Shown here one piece after another: positions 1 to 13,009 of a stretch of DNA of 64,000 bases. Position numbers and translations under genes: made by a program. The stretch is from the human T2T-CHM13v2.0 reference genome, Homo sapiens. Position 1 is the first letter of the stretch; every line of letters begins with the position of its first letter. Under the pieces are notes generated by a model. The model was not told where the DNA came from. It saw nothing but the letters and a program-made list of their open reading frames with translations, and searched no databases. Location of the stretch: the NCBI RefSeq assembly GCF_009914755.1, contig NC_060925.1; one strand, 5' to 3'.

Positions 1-24
1 AACATCATCAGGTTTATAATTTTA

Positions 25-343
<319 letters not shown>

Positions 344-344
344 A

Positions 345-1450
345 GAATATTCTGGCAGCAATCCAGAGAATGGGTTGGAGGAAGCAATGTTAGAGGCAAA
401 AGGAAAGTTTGCAGCAATCCAGGTAAGAAATGTTAATAGCCGGAACTGGTAAAACAGCAATAGAGATGGAGAGAAATAGACAAACTAGACATATTTAAAA
501 GTTATAACAAATGAGCCTTAGTAATTGATTGGATGTGGAAAACAGACTGACCAATCTTCCTCTTATTTTCAGAACTGAGGGGATTCTACAATGTGGCAGT
601 TCCAGTTTAAAAGTGGAGACAGCTCTGAACAAACCATGACAGTTTGCATGGAACGGAGGGGTTCCACATGCTAAAACCAGAAAAGTCCTGAGAAAACTGG
701 GACCCAGTTTCTGGCTTAGGAATGAAGTAATCAGTCTATGAGACAGGGAAGGCAGCAACAGGAACAGATTCAGGTGGGAAGAGGATGCTGAGTTTCGTTG
801 TTGAACGTGTTCAGTTTCAGGAGCCAATAGGACTCCAAGAATAAATATCCAAAAGAATTATCAAATTCTTTTCAGAATTTGATAATCAAGAGGGAAAGTT
901 AGATCTAAAATATAGTTTTGAAAGTTATCAGCACTTGAGGCTATGTATGCGAATGAACAAGATTGTCCAGGGATAATTTATACAGATATTAGGGAGGGAA
1001 AGAGAGGGACAGCAAGGAAAGGGGAGGGGAGGGGAGGGGAGAGAAGGGGACTGAGAACAGAATTCTGGTAAATATCAATACTTACAAGATATGCAAAGGT
1101 GACTGAAATGGAGCAGCTAAAATGGCAAGATAAAAACCAAGAGTACATTGTCTGGAAGTCAGGGCAAGACAATATTTGAAGAAGGAGGCGAGGTCAGTGT
1201 CAAGTGCTACAGACAAACTAGGTAAGACAGAGGCTGAAAATTATCCTTTGGATTTAAGAGCAAGAAAATCATTATTGATCTTAGTGAAAGCAGTTTCAGA
1301 GAAATAGTAGGAGAAGCAAGACTGAGGAATGAATGGCAGATAAGAAAGCAAAGATAGGGAGATAAGGATAAAGATACCTCTTTTTGAAAGTTTCAAAGGA
1401 GGTGAGATATAAGGAGAGTAGAAGGAGAGATGTAGCATTGAGGGAAAGTT
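345..1450. mobile_element. L2 fragments
   Basis: Purine-rich degenerate L2-like sequence; by eye only. Confidence 0.5.
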
Positions 1451-2189
1451 TTTTATAATAATTATCTTAGCACAGGATCTCTAGGAGCCTGAAGTAGGAC
1501 TAAACACTGTTCTTTTTCTGTGAGATTCAAGCCCAGGGAAGTGAGGGTGAGGAAAAGGGGAAAATTGGACAAGATGAGATGCAAAGCTGTGTTGAAGCAC
1601 TGATTGCCACTTCACAATGAGCCATGAAGAAACAGAACAGGTTGCTCATCACGTGTATTTGCAGGCCTTTTTGAGGGACTGTGAGAAGAAATTTCACCTC
1701 AGAGTAGTGCGTGGAGAGGAGATGAATTGAGAGTTTACCTTATGCTTTCCTACTCTGGAATCTCACTGGTCAAGGCTCATCTCATAGTTTGTTTTGCTTT
1801 TCTAATTCCTTGAGGTGAATCATTAGGTGGTTTGTGTGAAATCATTCTGTTTTAATGTAACCATGTTTTAATTTTTCCTCTTAGTACTGCTTTCCATATG
1901 TCCATAGATTTGGTATGCTGTGTTTCTGTTTTCATTTGTTTCCAAAAATGTTTTCACTTCCATCTTAATTTTTTCATTTGCCCATTGGTTGTTCAGGGCA
2001 TGTTGTTTAATTTCCATGTATTTATAGTTTCCTATGTTCTTGTTGATTTCTAGTTTTATTGTATTATGCTCAGTAAATATACTTGATATGACCTCAATTT
2101 TTAAAAATTTGTTGAGACTTGTTTCATGGCCTACCATATGATCTATGTTGAAGAATATTCCATGTGCTGTTGTGAAGAATGTGTATTCT

Positions 2190-2494
2190 GGTCAGCTGCA
2201 GTGGCTCGTGTCTGTGATCCCAACACTTTGGGAAGCTGAAATGAGAGGCTTGCTTGTGCCCAGGAGTTTGAGACCAGCCTGGGTAACATGAGGAGACCCC
2301 ATCTCTAATCTCTACAGAATTCTTTAATCAGCTAGGCATGGTGGTCTACACCTGTAACCCTACCTACTCAGGAGGCTGAGGCAGGAGGATAGCTTGAGCC
2401 CAGGAGGTCAAGGTTGCAGTGAGCTGTTATTGCATCACTACACTCCAGCCTGGGTGAGTGACAGAGTGAAATCCTGTCTAAAAAAAAAAAAAAA
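2190..2494 (+). mobile_element. AluJ
   Basis: Diverged dimeric Alu, A tail, TSD AAGAATGTG. Confidence 0.9.
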
Positions 2495-2895
2495 GAATGT
2501 GCAGCTGTTGGATAAAATGTTGTTCTGTAACTGCTTGTTAGGTCCATTTGATTTACAGTACAGTTTAAATCCAATATTTCTCCATTGATTTTCTGTCTAG
2601 ATGATCTACCCAACACTGAGAACGGGGTGTTGAAGTTTCCAACTATTATTGTACTACAGTCTATCTCCTCCTTTAACTAAAATAATATTTGGTTTATAGT
2701 CTGGGTCCTCTTGTGTTGAGTGCATGTATATTTACAATTGTTATGTCCTCTTGCAAATTTGATCTTTTTATCATTATTTAATGATCTTCATCTCTTTTTA
2801 CAGTTTCAACTTAAAGTCTATCTTATCTAAGTACAGCTGCTCCTGCTTAGTTTGGTTTCCATTTGTGTAAAATATCTTTTGCCATCCCTTCAGTC

Positions 2896-3268
2896 TTTTT
2901 CTTTTCTTTCTTTCTTTCTTTTTCTTTCTCTCTTTGTTCCTTCCTTTTTTTCTTTCTTTCCCTTTCTTCTTTTCTTTCTTTCCCTTCTTTCTTCCTTTCT
3001 TTCTCTTATTATTTTTTCTTTCTTTCTTTTTTGAGATAGGGTCTTGCTCTGTGGCCCAGGCTGGAGGGCAGTGGTGCAATCACAGCTCACTGCAGCCTCT
3101 ACCTCCCCAAGCTCAGGCAATCCTTTCACCTCAGCCTCCCAAGCAGCTGGGACTACAGGTGTGCACCACCACACCCAGCTAATTTTTTTATTTTTTTGTA
3201 GAGATAGGGTTTTGTAGTGTTGCCCAGGCTGGTCTCAAACTCCTGGGCCCAAACGATTTGCCCACCTC
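2896..3268 (-). mobile_element. AluJ, 5'-truncated, with tail expanded into a ~135-bp CTTT-rich tract
   Basis: Antisense Alu body ~3030-3268; CATCCCTT on both sides. Confidence 0.85.
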
Positions 3269-5688
3269 ATCCCTTTGCTTTATATGTGTGTCTTTACAGG
3301 TGAAGTGAATTTCTTGTAGGCAGTAAATAGTTAAGTCATTTTTTAAATCTGTTCAGCCATGCTATATCTTTTAATTGGGGGATTTAATCTATTTTCACTC
3401 AAGGTTATTATTGATAAGTAAGGACTTACTCCTGTCATTTGGTTATTTGGGGGTTGTTTTGTAGATCTTTCATTCCTTTCTTCCTCTCTTATTGTTTATC
3501 TTTGTGGCTTGGTGGTTTTCTATAGTGATAAGGTTTGATACCTTTCTTTTTCTCATTTGTGTACCTGCTCTACTAGTGAGTTTACATTTTTGTGTGTTTT
3601 AATGATGGTAGTTATTATCCTTTTCCTTCTAAATGTAGGACTCCCTTAAGTATTTATTGTAAGGCTGTTGTAGTTTTTGCTTGTCTAAGAACATTATTTC
3701 TCCTTCATTTTTGAAGAATAGCTTTGCTGGCATTCTTTTTTCTTTCAGCACTTTGAATATGTTATCCCATTCGCACGTAGCCTATTAGTTTTATTCTAAG
3801 AAAACTGCTGTTAGTCTAACGGAAATTTCCTTATATATGACTTGACACTTTTGTCTTCACTTTGTGTTTGACTTTTGACAGTTTGAGTATTCTGTGCCTT
3901 GGCAAGGACCTTTATGGGGTTGAATCTATTTGGTACATTTTGAGCTTTGCAGATCTGGATGTCTATATATCTGACAATACTCGGGAAGTTTTTAGCTATT
4001 ATTTCATTAAATATGTTTTTCTATGCTTCTTACCATTTCCTCCCTTCTGGAACTGCCATGATGTGAACATCTGTTTGCTTATTGGTGTCCAGTAAGTACC
4101 AAGGCTTTCTTCTTCATTGTTTTTACTTCTTTTTTTTCTTTTTGTCTGACTGGTTTATTTCAAAAGAGCTTTCCTCAAATTCAGAGAATTTTTCTTCTGT
4201 TTGATCTAGTCTATGATGAAGCTCGTGGTTGTATTTGTTATTTCATTCATTGAATTCTTTAGCTCCATGATTTGTTTGATTCTTTTTTATGATCTCTACT
4301 TCTTTGTTGGACTTCTCATTCTGATCATGAATTATCTTCCTGATTTTGTTGGATTGTCTATCTGTATTCTCTTTCAGTTTCCTTAGGATCATTATTTTAA
4401 ATTATTTTGCAGGCATTTCATAGTTTTCATTTTCTTGAAATCTATGAAATTACTAGAGAATTAGTGTGTTCCTTTGGAGGTGTCATGTTTTCTTATGTTT
4501 TCATATATTATATGTCCCAATGTTAATATGTTCATCTGGAGGAACAGTCACCTCTTCCAATTTTATGGAGCAGCTTTCATAGGAAAAGATTTTTTCCTGT
4601 AGATGTGTCCAGTAATGTCGGTTGTATAGACTCAGGTGTTTTGGCTTTGGTTCTGGATGGTTGTGGTAGTATAGTCTCCATGTGATTGCTTCAGCTGTAA
4701 TCAACAGCAGGAATGCCTACAAGTGCTTTAGTGGCCTAGATTCTGGGTGTTTGTGGAGGTAGTGGTGTGGCTTTGCTTGGGGCAGGGCTGCTGAGAGGGC
4801 CAGTTATCAGGCCCTAGGGTGGCACATGCTGGATACAGTGGCTCTGCCAGTTGCAGGGGCAATGATGGCAGTGGCAGCAGTGACTAAGGTGTATCAATCC
4901 CTAGTCACCAGCGAGTACACATGTACATGATGGCTTGGGCACTTGTGGGGGCAGGGTCACCAGTGGCAGCAGGTGCTGTGCCAGCTGGTCCTCAGTCATA
5001 GGGGAGCATGTATGGTGCATGGTGGCTCCACGACTGGGAAGGCAAGGTCACTAGTGGCAATCGGCACCAGGTGGGCTGGTCCTATGTCCTTGGAGGAACC
5101 ACTTATATACCACTTCAGCATGTATCTCAGTTTTACCTATCTATGCCATGCCTGTCTATTGTTTGGGGTACTGCTGCAACAATTGACTTAGTGCAGACAT
5201 AATCTTATTCTATCTTCCTTTATGCCATGCTACACACTTCTCACTTGTTACCCTAGCATTTCTTTATTGATTTCAAGGAACAAATGCTACAGTACCCTAC
5301 ATGCCACTTATATGTGCATTCCCTATAAGTGACAGGGGTTACCACATGGGGTGAATCTTTGACATTGTTTTCCATCCACCAACTCCATACTTTCAGTGCT
5401 AGGTACCAAAGGACATTTTCATAGTTATACACCTCTACCCCTGCATCTTCTGTTACATTGCCAGGTAGACTGTTAAAGTAGGCACATTAATAATGCTGGA
5501 AGCCACTCCCCGACTGAGATAGTTCGCTATACACTGTAATGACCACAAACTACATAAATATATCCAACTAAATTATTTGCCAGTTCAACTTCCTCTTAGC
5601 CAGATCCCCAAAACACCCCCAGTGTCACCAAACTCAAGGGTAAATATAAAGGAAGAGAAGTATGTTAGTCAGGGTTCTCCAGAGAAGC

Positions 5689-5690
<2 letters not shown>

Positions 5691-5732
<42 letters not shown>
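5691..5732 (+). repeat. (GT)n microsatellite, ~21 units
   Basis: Seen directly. Confidence 0.97.
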
Positions 5733-5735
<3 letters not shown>

Positions 5736-6135
5736 AAAAGAGCGTGAGAGATTGTAAGTATTTATGTAATGATGGAGGTCATGTGATTATGTGTCATGTG
5801 ATTATGGAGGCTATAAAGTCCCAACGTCTGCTTTCTGCAAGCTGGTGTTTCAAAAAAAAGACAACAATGTAGTTCCAATTCAAGTCTGAAGCCTGAGAAC
5901 CATAAGCACTTATAGGGTAAGTTCCACTTTGAGGGCAGGGGAACACTGATGTCCCAGCTCAAGCAGTCAGAGAGAGAGAATTCTCCCTTGCTCTACCTTT
6001 TATAAGCCCTCAATGGATTGGATGATGCCCACTTCTATTGGGGAGGGCCAGCTGCTTTACTCAGTCCACCAGTTTAAATGCTAAATACTCTGGAAACACA
6101 TGCACAGGCACACCTAGAAATAATACTTAACCAGA

Positions 6136-6491
6136 TGATGTGGTTTGGCTCTGTGTCCCCACCCAAATCTCATCTTGTGGCTCTCATAATTCCCACGTGT
6201 TGTGGGAGGGACCTGGTGGGAGATGGTTGAATCATGGGAGCAGGTCTTTCCGTGCTGTTCTTATATAGTGCATGGGTCTCATGAGATCTGATGGTTTTTA
6301 AAATTGGAGTTTTCCTGCACAAGTTCTCTTCTCTTGTCTGCCACCATGTGAGATGTGCCTTTCACTTTCCACCATGATTGTGAGGCCTCCCCAGATATCT
6401 AGAACTGTAAGTCCAATAAACCTCCTCTTTCTTTTGTAAATTGCCCAGTCTCGGGTAGTCTTTATCAGCAGTGTGAAAATGGACTAATACA
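6136..6491 (+). mobile_element. THE1-type MaLR solo LTR nested in the MLT2 LTR
   Basis: TGATGTGGTTTGGCTCTGTGTCCCCACCCAAATCTCATC ... GGACTAATACA, with 5-bp TSD CCAGA/CTAGA. Confidence 0.88.
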
Positions 6492-6968
6492 CTAGATATC
6501 TGGCCATCCCATGGCCCAGTCAAGTTGACACATAAAATTAACCCTCACAAGTCCACTTTCTTGTCAACTTGACATCCATGCACATTTCCTTAAACCATAC
6601 TTAATTGCCAAATAAAGATAATTTAAAAGGCATAGCTCCACCTAACATGATAAAACTATCCTATATATAACTAAAACCTCACTGACCCTTCCCCAGGAGT
6701 GGAGTTAAAGCCCTTGAATAATTTGAGTAATGTTTATTCTTCTCTTTGACATCTCATAACTTAAATACTATGATGAAATATTAACAATATTTAGGTACTA
6801 TTAAATAAAGCCAATACATCCTAGTTATAAATATGTGTGTATGTATAAATATGTATTAAACATATACTTTTTCTTTTTCTCTTAATACCTTGTCATATAA
6901 CAAAATAAACAGGAAATGCTTATGACAATTACAGTCTTCCTTTCTGTAACTAATTACATGGTCATAGG

Positions 6969-7270
6969 TTTTTTGTTCTTTTTTTTTTTTTGAGACGGAG
7001 TCTCACTCTGTCACCCAGGCTGGAGTGCAGTGATGCGTCTCGGCTCACTGCAAGCTCTGCCTCCCGGGTCCATGCCATTCTCCTGTCTCAGTCTCCCCAG
7101 TAGCTGGGACTACAGGAGCACGCCGCCACGCCCGGCTAATTTTTTGTATTTTCAGTAGAGATGGGGTTTCACCGTGTTAGCCAGGATGGTCTTGATTTCC
7201 TGACCTCGTGATCCACCCACCTTGGCCTCCCAAAGTGCTGGGATTACAGGCGTGAGCCACCGCACCCGGC
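6969..7270 (-). mobile_element. AluY nested in the ERVL internal region
   Basis: Y-type positions (GCAAGCTC, TTAGCCAGGATGG); TSD TGGTCATAGG. Confidence 0.9.
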
Positions 7271-7599
7271 TGGTCATAGGTATTTTTAACTACCTTTTTC
7301 TGCTACTGTCTGCCTTTAGAAAAAATCTTCGCTGGTCATGGTTGTTTACCTGGTGGTAAGGAACTCAGTGTTACACTGCTAGCAGATTGGACATTCAGCA
7401 GTTGCCATAACCAGATCAGCCTTGGTGAGTTGAAGTGCATGTTGCTGGGCCCATGCATACGCTCCATCCCTGCCACCATGGTGAATTTATCCATGAATCC
7501 ACTGGACAATGGCAGGGTTATCTGGGGAAAGAGACTGACTAGTATCCACAGAATGGGTCATTCTATCCATTTGATTATCAGAATCCTCTTTTGCTAGTG

Positions 7600-9850
7600 T
7601 TAAAGAACCCAAACTTTCATTCCTGAAGGGTCTGGGCCATTAGTAGTTCAGTTAAATTAGGTTGTTATAGTTTTTCATTGACCTTAATCATAGGGCATGG
7701 TAATACTACAATATTCCCTAAGGGATCTCCTGTGTTCCACACATAGTCTTCCTTACCTCTTTTGGGGAGTAGTAGTCAAAGTTCTCCCTTGGTTAGTTAG
7801 GATCAATCACCCTGGCCAGCACAGTAACTGCCTTCTTTGCCTGTTGATTCAGAGGCATGAGAAGTGTCAGTGTGGCCAGGTGACATTCTTAACTTCCAGG
7901 TCAATTGGATCATTGTTGTGCCTCTTCTGGGAGCATGCCTCTCTTTGGAACTAGAACCCCTAGGCCAACAGAGCCTAAGGTCATAGAAACAGGAGGCAAA
8001 ATGTTGCTAGTGTGTCATTAGGGATAATAGTATGTGATCTTATTCCCATTTCCACCCTTTGCTTCTGGGACCCACAAATCTTGGCTAAGGGAAAAAGAGC
8101 ACTATATATTGGGTATTGATTCAGAGAATATACATCCTCCTATACAGCCTTGTAAAGAAACTTGTCTCAGTTCTGCAAGGTACTGCCATTAGCTGGTTCT
8201 CTGAGTGTCCAAAAGACCATTCCATTGTTCTGTCAAGCTAAATGCTTTAGGATGGTGGAAAACATGGTAAGATCAGTGAACTGCATGAGCATAGGACCAT
8301 TGCAATACTTCATTTGTTGTGAAGTGAATTCCTTGATTAAAAACAATGCAGTATGAAATACCATGACAACAGATAAGGCATTTTGTGAATCCACAGATAG
8401 TAATTTGACAGAAGCATTGCATGCAGAGAAGGCAAATCTGTATCCAGTCAGAGTCTATTCCAATAAGAACAAAATGCTGCTCTTTTATGCTGGAAGTGGT
8501 CCAATGTCATTAACCTGCCACCAGGTAGCTAACTGATCACTCCAGGAATTGTTGCCATATCAAGTATTCAGTGTTCATGTATGCTGCTAGCAGATTGGAC
8601 ATTCAGCAGTGGCCACAACCAGGTCACCCTTGGTGAGCTGAAATTCATGTTGCTGAGCCCATGCATACCCTCCATCCTTGCCACCATAGTCAATTTATCC
8701 ATGAGTCCATTGGACAACAGCAGGGGTGGCTAGGGAAAAAGACTTACTGGTATCCACAAAATGGGTCATTGTGTCCATTTGGTTATTAAAATCCTCTTTT
8801 GCCTAGGTCACCCTTTGGTGAGCATTCACATAAGACACAAATATCTTCATGTTGTTTGCACAATGTTGAGATGACTATCTACAAACTCTTCCCTAAAATT
8901 TTCTTGCCACCAATTTTCCAATCATGTTCCTCACATCTCCCTGATCATCCAGCCAAACCATTGACCACAGCCTATAAATCAGCATATAATCACACATCGG
9001 GCCACTTCTTCTAAGTGAATTTGGAAGTTCATTTGGTGCACTGCTTGATGTTCTTCCCAGTGGGAGGATTTCCCTTCACTATCCATCACGGATATCTCAG
9101 GGAAGGGTTGTAGTGCTGCAGCTGTCCACTTCCAGGTAGTGCCTGCATATTATGCAGAACCATATATAAACAAGGCCTAATTATTTTCTTCTTCTGTCAG
9201 TTAATAATAGGGTACTACTCCCTGCAAGGTCATAGGTGCAGGCTGAAAGAGAGAAAGGAGTGTGACAGGAGTAGGAACCGTGGGCATTTAGGCCACTCTC
9301 AGGTAACTTACTTGTGCCTTTAGGGCCTGCTCAGGCCTAATCAATATATACCAGTTCCATTTAATAATGAAATGTTGCTGTGCGTGCCTTACTTTATGGC
9401 TTGGTGGGTGAGATAACAACCAGTTTTTGATGGACAGCTCAGATCACATGGTAGTTCGATAACTTGGCCTGTAGTTAAGCATTTAATCTCTACTAAGGCC
9501 AGATAGCAGACCAAAAGTGATTTCTCAAAAGAAAAGTAGTTATCTGAGAATGATGGCAGGGCCTTGTTCCAAAATCCTAAAGTACTGAGCTGCAATTTAT
9601 CTATAATGGTCTTCCAAAGACTTCAAACAACATCCCTATCTTCCACCAACACTTCAAACACATTGGATCTGCTGGATCATATGGCACAAGTGCCAGAGAA
9701 ACTTGCAAAATAGCCTGGACCTATTGCAGAATCTCGTCTTGTTCTGGGCCCCACTCAAAACTTGCAGCTTTCCAGCTCACCCAGTAAATGGGCTGGAATA
9801 ACACCTGAATGAGAAATATGTTGCCTCCAAAATACAAAGAGTCCCACTAG
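7600..9850 (-). pseudogene. Degenerate ERVL pol (RT tether/RNase H, integrase) and dUTPase
   Basis: Minus-strand translations include LGFWNKALPS..DNY.SFEK.LL.CY.ALVE, GGYAWAQQH...AECPIC and LLMPLNQQAKKAVTVLARVIDP, with many stops and frameshifts. Confidence 0.82.
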
Positions 9851-10058
9851 AGGGGGAGGTGCCACATACTTTTAAACAACCAGATTGCACAAGAACTCAC
9901 TATTGTGATAACAGAACCAAGACGGAGATGGTGTTAAACCATGAACCATGAGAAACCGCCCCCATGATCCAATCACCTCCTACCAGGCGCCACCTCCAGC
10001 ATTGAAGATTATAATTCTACCTGAAATTAGGATGGTGAAACAGATCCATATCATATCA
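9851..10058 (-). mobile_element. Partial MST-type MaLR LTR at the ERVL deletion junction
   Basis: Contains CCCCCATGATCCAATCACCTCC and ends CATATCA; the other LTR end is missing. Confidence 0.78.
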
Positions 10059-10570
10059 CTCTCCCTTTCCAATCAATGCTCTGACTTTAACAACAGACAC
10101 TCTACAAGGCTGGGAGTTCAAATTGTCTTGTAATTCAGCCAGTCACAGGATGAGGTTCTGGGTTTGATTTTCAATAATCTCAGCCCTGACAATACAGGAG
10201 ATAAGGCTCTCCTTTGGGGCACACATGGAAGTTTTCAGGTCATTTATGCAGTACTTGAGCTGGTAATTCAAATGTCTGACCTCATCCTTTTCTTTAGCCA
10301 ATTTGTCTAGTAACATTAGAAGCAATCAGCCAATCTCATTATACTCATTAGTTTGCCAAAAATATTCAAAAGTAGCACATGCACAGTCACCCAAACTCTT
10401 GCATTTTATAAGTAGTTGATTAGGAGTATCCAATAGTAATATTTTATGTATCTTTATTGCTAGACCTTGTTATGAACTATCAGTTCTCTCTTTACTTCTG
10501 GAAATAAAGTTATTAGCACCTTTAAATCTAATCAGATTAGACAGCCAATTCCAGAAACCATCAAACTAAT
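10059..10570 (-). pseudogene. Degenerate ERVL gag N-terminus
   Basis: ORF 10143..10325 (LLDKLAKEKDEVR...ESLISCIVRAEIIENQTQNLIL) and VKVRALIGK resemble HERVL Gag. Confidence 0.8.
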
Positions 10571-10741
10571 TTACAAAATCCATTTTTAAAATTCTGTTTC
10601 TCTAAAAACACTCTCAATACCAAAATCTGTATTAGTTAGGGATCTCAAAAGGAGCAGAACCAACAGGACATACACAGACATATATATAGGAATACATAGA
10701 GACAAGTACCCCAAATATTCATATATATGTATGTATATATA

Positions 10742-10760
10742 CAGAGAGAGAGAGAGAAGG

Positions 10761-10831
<71 letters not shown>

Positions 10832-10837
10832 AGAAAA
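10742..10837 (+). repeat. (GA)n/(GAAA)n microsatellite
   Basis: Seen directly, inside the MLT2 5' LTR. Confidence 0.97.
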
Positions 10838-11201
10838 ATAAAGTTGGAAAGGAGTTATGAAGAGTTGGTTTGGTTCACACAATTATGGAGCCTGAGAAGT
10901 CTCAAGATCTGCAGTTGACAAGATGGAGACCCAGGAAAATTGACTGTGTAGTTCCAGTCCAAAACCCAGTAGGCTTGAGATCCATGAAGAGCCAGTTCTT
11001 TAGTTTGATTCTGAAGGCAGGAAAAGACAGATGTTCCAGTCCAAGAAGTCATATACCGAAGTTTCCTCGCACTTGAGGGAAGGTCAGACTTTTTTGTTCT
11101 ATTCAGGACTTCAACTGATTAAATGAGGACCACTCACATTAGGAAAAGCAATCTGCTTTACTCAGGCTACTAAGTCAAATGTTAATATCATCCACAAACC
11201 A

Positions 11202-11353
11202 GGCCAGTCACAGTGGCTCACACCTGTAATCACAATACTAATACTTTGGGAGGCCAAGGCAGGAGGATTGCTTGAGGCCAGGAGTTTGATACCAATCTGG
11301 GAAACATAGTGAGACCCCATCACTAAAACAAAAATTAAAATTAAAAATTAAAA
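11202..11353 (+). mobile_element. FLAM/left-monomer Alu nested in the MLT2 LTR
   Basis: Single left monomer with A-rich tail. Confidence 0.82.
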
Positions 11354-12248
11354 ATGTCAAAAACATCCTCATAGACGTATCTAGAATAATGTCTGACAAA
11401 ATATCTGGGCATCCCATGGCCCAGTCAAATTGACACATAAAATTAATCATCAATGGAAGTCAAACCAGAATGACCTAGTGATCTTAACAAATTGCAGTTA
11501 TCTTACTTTTTCAAATATCATTTATACAATATGACCATATGAGCATACTAAAAGGCCCATACAAGTGAGAAGCCCAGTTTATTCATCAGTTTCAAAGCAC
11601 TGGTAAGTGACCTAGATAGTGAACTTATATAAACGCATATCCCCAAAACACACTGTCAAAAGAAAGCACCACCAACACCACCAGACAGCACTTTTTCATG
11701 TAAAGTGGTTTTGTCCAGTATTCCCAATTCTTGTGATAGTTCATCCCAGGAATCATTACTCTGGCCACAGAGCTTAGGACTGCCATACCCATGTGGATCA
11801 TGGGAATGGATATTTGACTATTCAACTGTTCTTCATTTTGTATAATCCATCAAAGCAATACCCTCCATTCCACTTGAAATAAATAGCACCTCTTGAGGTT
11901 TTGGACAATACTATATTACTTATCTTTATCAGAAAAAATAACAACAAAAGATACCTTCATTGTCCCTCGAGATTGTAAATGGTTGAATAATTTTCTGCTA
12001 CACTATGAGGTACATTCCAGTCCTTTAAACTGTTTAGTTAAGCCTGATTTTATTCTTAAAGCAAAATAATTCATTATTTTATATCTTTCTTTTTCAAAAA
12101 ACAAGCTTATACTATTTCCACAGGATCAGTTACCAGAGTACTTGAAGTTTTGGTTCCCAAGATGCAAAGTCCTATATGAATCAGTACCAAGTACAGCACT
12201 GAACTAGGAAAGTCTTACTTTCTGAGGGTTTCCAAGGGTCCTAACTAA

Positions 12249-13009
<761 letters not shown>

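Larger units (their letters stand above)
1790..5100 (-). mobile_element. Old L1 (L1M-type): 5' region, ORF1 and ORF2 endonuclease part, interrupted by two Alus
   Basis: ORF 1868..2137 ([27 protein letters not shown]...FLETNEN.NT.YQ) matches L1 ORF2p. T-rich antisense L1 texture. Boundaries approximate. Confidence 0.8.
5661..6549 (-). mobile_element. MLT2 3' LTR
   Basis: Termini TATGTTAGTCAGGGTTCTCCAGAGA ... CCCAGTCAAGTTGACACATAAAATTAACCCTCACA, typical of MLT2 read in reverse. Confidence 0.88.
5661..11454 (-). mobile_element. ERVL (HERVL/ERVL-B4-like) provirus with two MLT2 LTRs, internally deleted
   Basis: Paired MLT2-type LTRs, a Leu-tRNA PBS-like tract next to the 5' LTR (rc of ~10605-10627, GATTTTGGTATTGAGAG), gag, pol and dUTPase remnants on the minus strand, and a near-perfect 5-bp TSD AGAAG/GGAAG. 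Confidence 0.9.
10628..11454 (-). mobile_element. MLT2 5' LTR
   Basis: Termini TGTATTAGTTAGGG ... CCCAGTCAAATTGACACATAAAATTAATCATCA; homologous to 5661-6549. Confidence 0.88.

Noticed and set aside
2798-3182. K/E/R-rich and F/L/S-rich ORFs (also 10586-10918, 14713-15081)
   Set aside because: Translations of simple repeats.
5100-5660. Unassigned sequence flanking the ERVL (continues ~11455-12300); considered a processed pseudogene
   Set aside because: The partial translations I tried gave stops and no recognisable protein. Left unassigned pending a Dfam/BLAST search.
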